Below, in pieces: positions 48,516 to 61,459 of a DNA stretch of 64,000 nt. Origin of the DNA: Vicugna vicugna (lineage: Eukaryota); NCBI GenBank assembly GCA_013265495.1, contig MU058584.1, forward strand, positions 1,400,616 through 1,464,615. The letters are read 5' to 3'. Position numbers and translations under genes: made by a program. Numbering within the stretch: position 1 is the first letter of the stretch; each line of letters starts with the position of its first letter. The notes below the pieces were generated by a model. That model saw nothing but the letters and a program-made list of their open reading frames with translations. It was not told the DNA's origin and made no database searches.

Positions 48516-49639
48516 AGCTGAATAGAAGCTACTATGAATTGAAAAAAGGAGCCTGATGCTTTATTTCCAGCTTGCTTCCTCAAAGCACAAATTAAATTCT
48601 TAGGCCTTCAAAAGGCATGAGCAGGTCTTTAAGAGCCCAAATTCAGATTAATAAATAGCCCCTGAAAATTAGCATCTATTCCAAAACCATTAAAGAGAAA
48701 AAAAAAACTTTCCATTTGCCTTGTTCTTTATTCTCATGATTGCTCAGTGAATTAAGATGTCTAAAAACCCCAGCGTGTTTAGCCGTAGCCATCCTCCATT
48801 TCTTCTCTACAACAGCATTGCGTTGTAATGAAGACCATGAAAAAGCATTTCAGAAAATAGCCTCCAATATGAAGCAGCAATCAGTATGCACGGTATATGC
48901 GATCCAGCCAGAAAGATGTGCAGGAGAGGCCCAAATATCTCTGGCCTGCTTAAACACATGCTTTCTGCTTGCCAGCCAACAAATCGCTTCTATATATTAC
49001 ATAAGACTAAATTAATACCTACACGAAGACAGTTTATTGTGGATGATGGATCGTGGGTTTGTTACTCATACATCCAGAGCAGGGCCCTGGAAATCGCATC
49101 ATCATTGCATTCCCAGGGAAAGAAATGATTGTCACATGCAGACATGTTTTATCATGGAGAGAGAGACTGATCGGGGCCCATCTACTGGCCGGGAGAACAC
49201 TGCCTCCTCCTGTGATGAGTGCTCGGAGGGAAGACTTGGTGTTGACTGCCAGATGCCAGCAAGAATATGGTTTCATTATAGGTCCCCCTGGGGTTAATGA
49301 GGAATGATCTGGCTACATCCTACAGTCTAAGTTGTTAGGTTTGAGGGGCCCAAGTAGGAGTGTCATTTAACTTTAACAGAGGCAACCCGAATAGCATACA
49401 CTCTACTTCGGGAAGCAACAATTATCTGTGTTACACATACTGCAGTCAGTGGTATAATACAGATGGACCCCCAAACCCAAAGATGCAAGTCCTAGCATAA
49501 ACGTAGGAGGTGAATGAAGGACAGATTAAACTGAAGAGATGGGTCTCTTTGGCCTATCTCCTGACAAACTGTCTGGCTGCATCAGCAAAAGGCAAGTGCG
49601 ATCGATACTTACGAAACCACAACACCGCCCCGATCAGAG

Positions 49640-49840
49640 GCAGAGCAGGGTTGGAGCGCTATTACCATAAGTGGCTGAGTCGTTGATGTGAATGTATATG
49701 TCATTTTGCATACCATTTGCATGTCATTTGGTGCAGCCCTGCCAATAAACAAATGCAATTTATCAACTTACACAACCTACCCTGACCTTTGTAAGTGTAC
49801 GTGGAGGAAAATAAACTAGACCTGCAATGAATTACTATTT
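49640..49840. promoter_or_regulatory. Candidate enhancer (octamer plus forkhead motifs)
   Basis: TTTTGCAT (49704-49711), ATTTGCAT (49715-49722), AATAAACA (49744-49751) in repeat-free DNA. Confidence 0.4.
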
Positions 49841-50084
49841 GTTTAGCATAAAAAAAAAAAAGAAAGAAAGAAAGAACAGTTCAGATCCAGGGAGTAAGTT
49901 ATTAACTTCAGTGCTCTCAACTGGGTAGAATGCTTCCTGTGGGCAAGGCTTCGTTTCAGGCATTTGTGTTTCTAGCCCGCTTAATGGTTTCGCATGGTGA
50001 GTACTTCCTGTGTCTGTGTTATTGCGGATCTCACTAAGAAATATGTGTCTGTAAATTGCATGCATGTGTCTCTTTCTCTCTCAA

Positions 50085-50310
50085 TCACATTTATTAAGTG
50101 CATCCCACATACTAAGCAGAGTAGTAAGTGCTTTACATATATTGTAATTTAATCCTCAACAAAAATGGTCTAGTTTTACAGACAATGGAAAAAGGGTATA
50201 AGCATGTGGACAAACTCTTTGGGACATAGAGATGGTAAGCAGAACATGGATTTGAACTCAAGTCTATCTGACTTCAGAGCGTGAGTTCTTAGCCATTTAA
50301 CAACTGTACT
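50085..50310 (-). mobile_element. MIR SINE
   Basis: TAAGTGCTTTACATATATTGTAATTTAATCCTCAAC...GGATTTGAACTCAAGTCTATCTGACTTCAGAGC. Confidence 0.8.
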
Positions 50311-50389
50311 AACCCTAACAATATATAACTCGATGGCACTTACGTACGATTTATATCAAAAGATACAGGTGGGCAAAGTCTCCTTTCCC

Positions 50390-51514
50390 CAGGGGTGGAT
50401 ACAGGTTTTGTGAAACCTGAGGCATATAAAATTTAGGGAAACTTCTAGAAGAAAAATGATGCAAAATTATGAATACCACCTTAGATATAAATGTGAGTGT
50501 TTCGAATAAGAAAAGAAATCCTAGCAAATTAAAATACCACAAACATAATAAAATGCAAAGCATAATATAACATTTTCATTGATTGACTGAGTTAATCTCT
50601 ATCCGTCTCCTCAATAATTTTTCCTGAATGATATTTGCTATCTCTTTGATCATTTTTTCATGTGAAAAAGCAATTACTGTCTTATTTTCTAACTAGAAAA
50701 TAAAAAGAACAACTCATTATTTCCTTCAGCATGATTGATCAAAATTTGATTTTCATTAACAGTGGTAAAGCACAGCCTCACCCGTGGGCACATATGTACA
50801 GTGTCTGCTGTACTGCTGCAGGTTTGTGTCTCACAAAAACACAACTTCTAGGATATTTTAGAATGAAATACTCCACATAAGAATCAAGGATATTCCTTGC
50901 AAGGGTGGATTTCTCTCTTGACCACGTGTTAGTGAGGACTGAATCTTCTGCTTACGACTTTAGATGTCTGGTTATTGGGAAATTTTTACATAGACTAACT
51001 TTGGATGCTGTACATTTCAAACCTCGTCTCTCCTCTGTTTCCCCTTCTAGCTATGATACAGAGCTATTTACTTATTTCATCTTAAAACCTCCAGCCTGCT
51101 GCTTCATTTCATTAACAAGTAGGTCAGCTCAGAGAGCCGTATGGGTGGTCCTGTAAGCCATTCCAGCACTGTGCTGGTTAGCAGTACCTTAACTATGTGT
51201 GAGGGGGTGACGGCAAACTACATAAATCTATCCCACTAAATCTGGTTTAAATACATCCCCCAACTCAATTTCTGAAATCCCCCAAATGACCACAATTACT
51301 CTAAGGACACCAGACAAAGGGAAAAATGTATTGGAGTGCAAAGCAGAGTGGACTTAACTGATTGCTATTCATATTTTCACTTTTGCAAATTTCACAAAAT
51401 CTTACCATCATGTGAACATTTTCCTAGAGTCCTTCCCAGGACCTTGGGAGGGACAATGCAAGGGAGGGCCACTGAAGCTTAAGTGTCATTAGCTTCTTGG
51501 TATGTCTACCTTTG
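50390..51514. mobile_element. hAT-Tip100 non-autonomous DNA transposon (Arthur1-like), about 1.1 kb
   Basis: Starts CAGGGGTGGATACAGGTTTTGTGAAACCTGAGGC; ends GGGCCACTGAAGCTTAAGTGTCATTAGCTTCTTGGTATGTCTACCTTTG; degenerate TIRs, no clear TSD. Confidence 0.65.
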
Positions 51515-53139
51515 TATCCATATTTTGAACAGCTTCATAGATGGGAAAGACCTGTCCATTTGGCTCCCTGCCATTCACAGAGTTGACTGGACCTATGACC
51601 GTAGGTGGGAGCCACATGTCCACTCCCCCAGTTCCACTCCCCATTACTTGTTCTGTAACAGCTCAGGACATAATTGTTACTTGGGGTTTATTTCCTTTTG
51701 ACAGCTATACATCAGTCAAGCCCACCCCCATCTCTGTGAACGCACTCTCCAGCAGTGCTCCTAAAACTTCTTGAGTGTGATGACCCATCGATAGACCTAA
51801 CAGATGGGGCTGGCCCTCACTTATATTAATAACTGTAACTTTAGGTATTTCTTGACCAAATACATAAAAGTTCTTTGTGTTTGGTACTTTTCAACTTTTG
51901 TATGTTTCGTATAATTAATAATATACGTTTTTCATTGTTAGATTCATACTTCAATGCTTTATTTATTATATTATTATTTTAGTATATACTATTTATTATA
52001 GTCCTTATTTATTTGTTTATTATTACAAGGTATTTATTTATAATTATATTATAATAGTATCTAAGTGCATTTGAAGCCTAGGAATATATGTGTGGGGAGC
52101 CTGTTGTTTATTCCCTCAACAGACTATACTTGGATATATCTCTGACCTCTGAAATCACTTTCTTGATCTCAGGAATTCTACAACCCACCTTCCGGAAACT
52201 ACTCCTTTAAGCCTTATACCACCTAAAAGTACTATGGGTCGGGCTTCTCCAGATATCCTCAGTTTTAAAGGAAGAAAAACAACCAATTCATTGTGGTGGT
52301 TACTGTGGAAAGGAATACGATCTAGTGTGTGGGAGCCCCTAAGTTGAATTATTTGGAATTATAAATATCTGCATAATAAAAGTTGACTTTCCCATGATTT
52401 GGGACAGTTGGTTGGGAGGAAAGCACTGACCAGTATGAACTGAAGTTTGTACTTTAGTCTTTGAAAAAAATGAGTTTGCATTCTCTCGGGGAGAGAATGT
52501 GTGGCCATCTTTCTTCCCTTGGCTGGCAAGGCACGTTGGCTTCATTTTTAAAATAGTGCTAGGGAGGGAGGGAAAAAAATGTAATGTATTCTTAAAATGT
52601 TTATATGTCAGCAAAATCCTGAAAACCATTCAATAGATTAATCTTCCTGCTGACTTAAAAAGGATGGATTTCCAGCTATAACTGAGATTGGGAAAAATTG
52701 ATTTCCATGTTCCTTATGACTGAATAAGATAAAAGCCACTACCCTGGCAAGCTTCTCCCAGCCTGGATCCAGACTTCTGGAGGGCTGGCTAATTGAAAAG
52801 TCACTCCAAATACCCGGCCCCGACCCTTTGAGGAGATCTGGAAAAAGAATCAAGGGCAGGCTGTCCATTTTTCAAGAATGATTTCCAGAACGTTGTTTAT
52901 TCTCAACATTGCTGAACAGCTGCTGTCAAAGGTGAAAATACTTTCTCTCCCTTTTCTTCTAACTCTTCCTCCTTCCCCCCTTACCTTCTTCTCTTTCTCT
53001 CCATTTCTCAAGTTTCTCTTCCTATGATTTATGTAAAGATGGCTTCAAAATGAGCTCACCACCTGGTTCAAAGCTCTCTTCTTAAAGCTCTGAGCAATGG
53101 TGAGCCAATTTCTTTCTGAGATCTTAGTTTGCCCAATTA

Positions 53140-53560
53140 AAAAGAAGGCATCATCTCTGTGCCTGGGTTTATGGTTAGCAAAGTGTTTCACCCACCTTGG
53201 CCCATTGTGATCCTCATATGGTAGCTGTGAGAGGCCAGTTAGTATTGTCACTGCTGTAAAACGATCTCAGATGACTTACAAATGACATGGAGCCAGTACT
53301 TGCCAAAGCTGGGACAAGATCCCACATCTGATTCAACATGGAATGGGTGTCCACTGAGTCACAGCGGATTCCCGCATTATTAACACTTCTTTCCATCACA
53401 CGCATGTTGAGTGAGAGGCTTCACTCATTTACTCGATCATTCGTTCTTTCATTTCATCAGTATTTATTGAGCATCTAAGACCTCCTGGGCACTATACAAA
53501 ATGTGACAACAACTGCAAACTAGACAGGCAGGATCTCCGCTGGCAAAGAGTTTATCATGT
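53140..53560 (-). mobile_element. MIR followed by L2 tail
   Basis: GCAAAGTGTTTCAC...GATCCTCATATGGTAGCTGTGAGAGG (MIR); TTCATCAGTATTTATTGAGCATCTA (L2). Confidence 0.6.
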
Positions 53561-54139
53561 AGCGATAAAGCTGATTTGAATATGGAGTCGAAGAACTATG
53601 GCAAATTCCAAATTTTTCAGGATGTTAAACAGTCCAACATCTCTAACACCGACACAATGTTCAAAGGACAATTTTAATGGAAAACATAGTAGATTAAGTT
53701 TTCTTTTTTTAAGAGCTCAACTTTGATGAAAGAGTCTTACAGGGTTTATGGACCTAAGTGCTAGTTAAAGTATTTGTGTTTTCCTGGTTATGTTGTTTTT
53801 AATTGTTTTTTAAGAAATTTCTCTTCCATCTATTCCATGCCATTTCTTCCTTTCCTTTTACTTTTAAATTTAACCCCCCACCCCATCTTGTTTTCTACTC
53901 CATCAGGTCATTTCTATATGGAAGCCAATGGGCCTGTCATTTTGAACCAATCATATGATGTCATTTTCCTAGCCAGACAGGACAGTGGCTGGATCCATGT
54001 ATTTGTATTTTCCAAGGAATTCTATAAAGTTCTCCAAAGCACGTGGTTCTGAATATTCATGAAGTTATATAAACAGGATAAGAAATTCTCAAACAGTAAG
54101 CTTAATCCTCTGAACCTTGATATACAAACAATAACAATA

Positions 54140-54370
54140 ACAACAAATATTATTAAATGGCTCTTCCTTCTGAGTGCCATATGATTATATTCTAACTAAT
54201 TGAATCTTCATGACAACTTTTTGAGGTACTATTTAAATTCCCAATTTACAGATAAGAGAGATGAAGCACAGGGAGAATGATTTTACCCAAGATTATAAGC
54301 AAGTTAATGACAGAGACTGGATTTGAACTGAAATCGTCTGTTTGCAGAGTTTATTCTCTTCTCCATGTAC
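54140..54370 (-). mobile_element. MIR SINE
   Basis: CCCAATTTACAGATAAGAGAGATGAAGCACAGGG...GGATTTGAACTGAAAT. Confidence 0.75.
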
Positions 54371-56324
54371 CTATAGCTCTCATAGAATCAATTAGACACT
54401 ACTCAGTCAATTGACAACATTAGCAAATGGCATTTGAATTCTCAGGCCAGCCTTCCTAATCAGCCAGGGCTGGGGTTGATAAGTATTTTCTACCATCATC
54501 TGATCAAGTATTATACCTTCCCTGATTTTATTAGGCGCTTATCCCTTTAACTTGTAAATTGCAGGAAAGGGGGGCGGGGATCTGCACTGACACATTCCCT
54601 GCAGTTTCCACTGTGGGTCAATCCTTCGGTGGAGGACCGGTATCTACATGCACGTTTGGTATATGCACAGTGGGAGAGGAAGTACCGAAGACTACTGCAC
54701 GTGGGCAGAGGGAAACGGGGTCACGGCTGTGAAACCATCACTGGTTATGTGCGAGTGGGTAGTTGTGATAACAAGGTTTGCTTGTATGGCTCCTTGGTGG
54801 GTGGAATCAGTGGGGAGATGTTCCCATAATGACAGGGGTGCGGTGTAGGGGGGGTGTCTGTGGGTGGGTAAGTTGAGGATAAGCGTTTGACAGAAAAAAG
54901 TCCCACCAACACATTTTGTTCCTCCTCTCTTCCTTGTCCCCTCCCAGCTCTCCTCCAACCCCAAATACCCACTATGTTGTGGTAGAAATTAAAATGGCTA
55001 AAGTGTGAAGAGGGATTTTTTTCTTTTGAAACAGAGTGTAAAACCACACTCCTAACAACCGGGTTCCCTATATAAATCTATTTTTAAGATGATTACAGGG
55101 TTTCCATAGCCATTCTACCATCAACTGCTGGGTTTGTTTCCTCGTCGTCAGTAAACTGTTGGCAGGATAGTGCACCAGAGGTGTACTTTTTAAAGGGTGT
55201 AATTGCATGGCTCAGAAATTATCACTTTCTCGACGACGGGTTTCATTGGCCTCTCCCTTTGAGAATCCGGTTTAGAAGCTGGGCTTGTCAGTCGCTCCAA
55301 GCACACATCGCATTGTGTGTGTTGGTCTCGCAGTATATCATGCTGGCAACCACTAGGCAGAGGGTAGTAATTAAACCACACAATAGGCATCAAGGGATGA
55401 GGAGAAGACCCTGTGTTTAAAATAAACGAACACAAGAAGTGCAGCCAGCTTCCCTAGGAAGGCTATCTGAGCAGTGTGGTGAGCCAAGATTGGGCAGCCT
55501 TTGCAAAGCAAGCTGGGAAACTCCCCATGGTGCCATCAGCCAGCAGCTGAGGCTGCGTCCTTCCCGAGGATCTGCCATGGGCTGCCTTCTCCAGGATTAA
55601 CTTTCTCTGGAGCATAGGAACTTAGGAGTGGCTTTGCAGAGTTATGCCCTTTCTACTGCCAGGGACCAGACACTATGCAAATTTAGACTAATTTGGCAGC
55701 TATTTCGAAGAGGCATGTCTAATAATGATGGGCACAGGAACTGGAGTTCTGTCTCCAAAACAGAGGGCACAGCAGGCAGAAATCAGCCTCTAAAACAGGC
55801 CCTAGAAGCACCAACATGTAATAGGTAAAACTGGCAGAAGTAACTGTTTCTTAAGGGTGAGAAGGTTGTGGCAATGATAAGACTAAGTACTCCCCAATTT
55901 CTGTCTAGGAGAGTTGAGAAAACTACCCCAACAAAAGACCACAGTGTTTCTCACTTTGATCAAGACGGCCAGCATGGTGCCTCAGTACTGAAACGCAACT
56001 GGTGTTGAGAAACCAAAGCTCATAAAGTAATGAGTGATGACTGTCTGCGATAACTATGTCTAATGACTAGAAAAAAGTGAGCTGCAGAGCAAGAACGGAG
56101 GGTAATTGAAGTAGTAGTATCCAGGGGAAAGGGCACTGGGATGCTAACAAATTATCTACAGAGGAGAGAAGGGCTCTTCACCCAGTGCCCTTGACTAGAC
56201 AAAAATAGATGTTACAGGCATCTAGCAGCTCTTGTCCTCAATCTGTCTCACCAAGCGAGCTTCGGATCTGAAACTTGGACTCCGAGGGCCCTGACCCACC
56301 AGAAGTGAGAGACCTGAGAGTGTT

Positions 56325-56900
56325 TCTTCATTCAAACATTTGTAAGTACCCCGATGTCCCAACCACACCAGCACTTGGGTTACAGGGATAAAAGGATGTT
56401 GCACATTTTCAAGGGGCTCATAGTCCAGTTGGACAAACTAGAGAAGTCAACATATAATCATAATGTGGAGAGACAGAATCCGTTAAAAAGAAAGCAGAGC
56501 GTGGATTGGGAGCATGGAGATGAGGTACCTTACCCGGCCTGTGGTAGGGAGTCCATGAGGTCTTACCAGATGAAGGGACATCTGAATTTACCCTTAAATA
56601 TGAAAAATCAGAAGTGGTAATAGAGGGTTAAGATGGTAAGTCAGGGTTCACATCATGTTTAAAAGAGGCAGGGGGTATATTCAAAACAGATATTCAAAGC
56701 ATGAGCACTATAGGAAGACACTGGCGAGCACTGTGTGTTTGGGAAAAACTGTAACATTATTTAATAGGTTGCGTGTGAGGGGTGGTATGGAAGGGGATGT
56801 GGTGGGAAGTGGTTATGTCAGCATTGCCTGATTAGCAGTTTGTAGGCAGAAAGGAGGGATTCAAAATGTTAAGCAGGGGAGTAATATGGTTAAATTTGCA
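56325..56900 (-). mobile_element. L2 fragment
   Basis: TTCATTCAAACATTTGTAAGTACC...GGGCTCATAGTCCAGTTGG...TTAAGCAGGGGAGTAATATGGT. Confidence 0.65.
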
Positions 56901-58294
56901 ATTCAGATGGAATTCCCATACACGTCTCCCACTCCAAATGAACTGATATTCTGATGTGTGAATTTGGTAGATGCGCATTTCTTACTTTGATTGCGTCCGA
57001 GAGCTTAATGAGCTTTAGGTGGGCTGGTAAAATTGAGTTTTCAGACTTCAAACTTGAGGGCTGGACTCTGGACCTATGGACATCCCCCGTCAAGTTTTCA
57101 CTTGTGAGGCCCTGCGTGAAGCTGTCCCCTGACCTCTCTTTGCTGTATCTCTATCTGCAGAAACTTGGGTGGAAAATGGAACATGCAGTTAACATTCAAA
57201 ACACCGTGACATGTCAGTAAGAGATCACAGTGTGGAAATTATCCTAGGGAAGGGAAGAATCTCACCAGTGCAACTTTCTTGATGCGAAACCCTGTCTTCT
57301 GAGCTTTTAAACAATTTCTCTTGGAATCGTATGTTTGGCAATAAGGAATAAAACGGCATTCCCTTAAAAAGAATGCCACTGATGATTAAGACTATTGCAC
57401 TATCAATCTTTGTCAAGGCCTTTTAGCAAGTGGACTTAGCCCCACTTCTGAGATGCTATGCCTCATTTTACTTTTTTATTAAACTTACAAATGGTCTTTC
57501 TACTTAGGGTGAAAAGCACGTGATTTGAAATCGAACAGAACTTTCTGGAGAGGACGATGAAGATCAAACAGAGTGGGGACTGTTCAAGAGGAGACTGAAA
57601 ATTCATTAATTCAATTAAAATGGGATTTATAAACATACTACGCTCAGGTAAGAAAGAATAGTATACGGCATAGTACAGGAGATAGAATGTTCAAGATGAA
57701 AGAAATCCAGAGCATGATGGAAACCGTGTATGTCAAGTGCTCCAGGAGTACAGAGAAGTGTTCCAGCAGGTGGGGCGGAGTGTGGGCTGCGGGAGGGAAG
57801 GGAAGTTAGATCAAGAGGATGGGAAGTTTCCAAGTGTGATGGGCACCAAGAATTAAGACCCAGAAGGAATGCCTTTCCTGAGAACATGGGTGATGATGAG
57901 GAAGCTGGCCCACATGGAGGAGGGGTTCATGCTGAAGGGGCCACCACAGCCACTGGTTTGCCACAGGCCAGACGTGACCGCAGGGAGTTGTCATTGTATA
58001 ACACAGTCAGAACTGTGTAGTGTGCTTTTCAGTCTCTCGACACCACGTCCCTGGCCCTGTCTCCCTAGTCTTATCCTAGTAGGGCGCTGGGCCCTGCCTC
58101 TGAGCTACGGATGTGCGGGCAGCAGAGCTCACACGGTGGGAGGGATTCCAAACACAGGTTACACGAGCCGGGTCTCTGACCTGACACTTTGCGTAACAAA
58201 GGTCATAACTGATAGAGCCTCACTCCTAACATGTGCTCAACTAAACCATGTCAGGGTCAGTGTCCTGCGTGATGAAGGGTCAGCGAGATTCAGG

Positions 58295-58490
58295 GCACAG
58301 GTATGGAACTTCAGAGCCAGCAGGGACCTCCTATCCCAAGAAGTCCAACCTTCTCATTTTACAGTGGAGGAAATGAAGTACCCGGGGAAGTTCAGTAATT
58401 TGCTTGAAGTCACATAGCTAGTGGCAAAACTGGGACTGAAGTCCAGTTCCCCAGTCTCTCAGTTCAGTTCTTTCTTCATTCTTACCACAT
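58295..58490 (-). mobile_element. MIR/MIR3 SINE
   Basis: CTCATTTTACAGTGGAGGAAATGAAG...TAATTTGCTTGAAGTCACATAGCTAGTGGC. Confidence 0.8.
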
Positions 58491-60364
58491 TTTTTTAAAA
58501 AAGCAATGATCTGTAAATATTCAAGATGACTCCTCCTTTCCCTTATTTGAAAACACTCTTAAATGTCTGCATTTTTCTTTAAGTTTGAATACTTTTCCTG
58601 TGATGCTCGATTAATAATTGTAGTTTTAGGCTTGTGTAGAACACAGATGGCCCCCAGGAGGTTGTTTATTTGGGACAAATAATCAATCCTTTTACCTGCA
58701 TATGTTTTGCCTCTTTCAAAACTTTTGTATCCACTTCTCCACTGAATTTCACAAACGTTCCACACGGTGAGCTGGGCAGCCTTGTCTCATCATTTGACCA
58801 TTGAAGGAAACGTATAGAGAGACTTACTGACTTTCTCTTAGTGATGGCATTGAAACTAAAACCCCACGATTCCTTAAAACAACAGAGGAGAACCAGTGAG
58901 AAGGAACAACGGTTGAGGGTGGGTTGAGAGATGTTAGCTGCATCGTCAAGTTCACGTTTTGTCATGCTTTGCTGTTGTTGTACACAAAAACTTTGCCCAA
59001 GTTGCAAAGCTGCCCCACGGAGAGGTCCGCAAACCACGAACGTCATATTTGAATTCCCAGATTATGCTGCTGTACCTTATATGAGGCCCAAGAAAGCAAG
59101 CTCTAAGCCTGATGGAAAAGGACAGGATCCGTCAATGCGTTGATGTGACTGGGCTGAAAAAGATTCAAAGAGACATGATCTGTCTCTGGAGACAATTAGA
59201 AAACAGAGTAGGGGGCCCTTGGCTACATCTCTCTCTTTGTTTCAAATGTGGCTGTTTAAATTTGAATTGAATGTGTTTGGGGATTTTCTACAAAGGGAGC
59301 CACTTGGAAGGCTGCCGTTTCTTGTTATCAGTCATGTTTTATTATTGAAGGAGGGACGCCCAGAGGAACGTCAGAGCTCAGGCACAGGCGAAAAAAATAT
59401 GGGAGGGACTGATGCACGACACTACTTTAGTCCCATGGCATCCAAACTCATAGACACTGTCTTCAAGGATAAATGAAAGATTCAGCAGAAAAGACAATTT
59501 CAAAGAACTTTGAAAGGGTAGCATCTGAAAGGTGGAATGAGAGTGTCAGGAAAGGCAGTTAATCTATGCATATTTTTTAAGCACTCGCTATTGACTCTTA
59601 CTGCACCAGTTGGAGAGAAATCAAAAGAATCAGACTCCTTGGTGGCCCTCAGGAAGTGGACAGTGCAGTCTTACCAGCTTTAACCTACTGACATCCACTA
59701 AAAACAAAGTATGACTCAAATCAATGAGTTGATAAATAAGTGGTCCTGATTAGTGTTGTGAATATGTAGAGAAGATGCTTGAGGTCTGCATTCCGTTAGA
59801 CAGGAAGAAGTAATCAGCAGTGGAGTAGTGCGAGGGGAGGGAGCAGCCAAAGGGAGGGAGAGTCAAGGATTAGAGAGGAAGGAAAAACGATGTAAGTAGG
59901 TTAGGGGCACCTGCTGCTTCCTTATCGCCCCTACCGTTCGTCTTTGCAAAACGAAGTATTTACAAGGTCTCCATTTGCCCTTCTCGTGCCTGAGTCAGTT
60001 CTGAATGGAACAGGAAAGTTACTCAAGCTCTTCATGCCTGGCATGATCCCATCTGTCATAAAGGGAGTTATATTTCTCGTATAGATAGATGCCAGCGTTT
60101 CTGGAAGTTTAGAAGCAATAATGTTTAGTGAAAGTCCTTTAAAATGCACTGAGAGCTATAAAACTGTGAGGAATTATTCGTGATTTTCTCTGTGTAACTT
60201 TTTAAGAGGTATCCACACTACCTGGTTAGAACTGGGATTTGCAGCGTCCATTCCATGTGACCACTCCGATGAAAGACAAGCTTCCTCATTTCTTTATCAC
60301 GGTGTCTTTTTGCCCAGAAGAACACAGGTGGGGCAAGGTTTAGCCCAGTCCAGTGATAGGTGTT

Positions 60365-60895
60365 AACCCTTGGAACGTGACTTTAATAGCCAATAGGTAT
60401 TTATAATTAATGTGCAATAACTCAATTATGCACATGTCTTTAAATTTAATAGGCCCAGTTAAGGTAAGATCATTAAGCACCCAATTGAATGTTAAACACA
60501 TATATTTGAGGTTTAACGACTATGCAGCAGATGCAGGATGGATTATGGGATTGTTAAAGGGCATTAAGAAAGTTGTTAATATGGTGGGGGTATTTAATTA
60601 ATGTTTTAAACAATCTACCCTTTGAAATCGGCCCAAAATGCTATGTGAAACCTGCTCGGGGAGCAGGAACCTAATTGACAGCGTTACTGTTTAAGCCCCA
60701 CCACACTGAAGAACACAACAAAGCAGCCCTCTAATTAGCGTGAGAAATGACAACAGCACAACAAAAACCACGGAGTGTCTCCAATGACAGGTGCAGCAAA
60801 TAACAAGGCTGATGAAAGATTCTGCAATTAAAGATTCCGCTATGAAGATTAATGGAGTATTATCTGAAATTAATGTAAGGCGGGCTATCAGAGAC
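60365..60895. promoter_or_regulatory. Strong candidate highly conserved developmental enhancer
   Basis: About 530 bp repeat-free with very high density of TAAT/ATTA cores (ATAATTAAT, CTCAATTA, TTTAATTAAT, CTAATTGAC, CTAATTAGC, GATTAATG), TAAACA and TGACAG; conservation not verified. Confidence 0.6.
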
Positions 60896-61289
60896 GAGCT
60901 TCTGCCTTACAAGCATCCGTCCTTTTCTACTTCTCTTGCCTCAGTTCGTTTCTGTGCCTCGGAGTCCTGTTACTATTCCTCAATATTCAATGACTTTGAC
61001 TTTATAGCTTCTGTATTCTTTTTCTACCTGTGCATGATCCATTTTTCTTTCTTGTTGCCTCTTATCCTCTCTCTCTCTCTCTCCTTCTCCTCCCCCTCTC
61101 TTACTTGGAATAAAATGTTTCCAGCCCGGTGTCAATGCTCTGCCTCTTATACCCAAACTCTCACTAGGGTCTCTCTCTCTACATCAAGAATTGTGTTTAC
61201 ACTGCAAATTAGCCTCGGAGCTCGCAAGGATCGCATAAATTTGCAATATTCAAGATGTCCTCCTCATTTAGTTTCCCTTTTCATTAAAG

Positions 61290-61379
61290 ATTTTTTCTTT
61301 TTCTTTTTTTAAATTGAAGTAGAGTCAGTTTACAATGTTGTGTCAATTTCTCGTGTACAGCATCATGTTTCAGTCATAC

Positions 61380-61415
<36 letters not shown>

Positions 61416-61430
61416 TATATTCATTTTTAT
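61290..61430 (-). mobile_element. Short L1 3' end with (TA)n(CA)n microsatellite
   Basis: Poly-T plus AAATTGAAGTAGAGTCAGTTTACAATGTTGTGTCAATTTC; similar to the 22779 element. Confidence 0.85.
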
Positions 61431-61459
61431 TAGAATATTTATTTTGGATGTCATCATCT

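Noticed and set aside
57869..58417. 182-aa plus-strand ORF
   Set aside because: No recognisable homology and the 3' end runs into an antisense MIR
60791..61312. 173-aa ORF overlapping the candidate enhancer
   Set aside because: Non-ATG start, runs through CT/T low-complexity tracts and into an L1 poly-T tail
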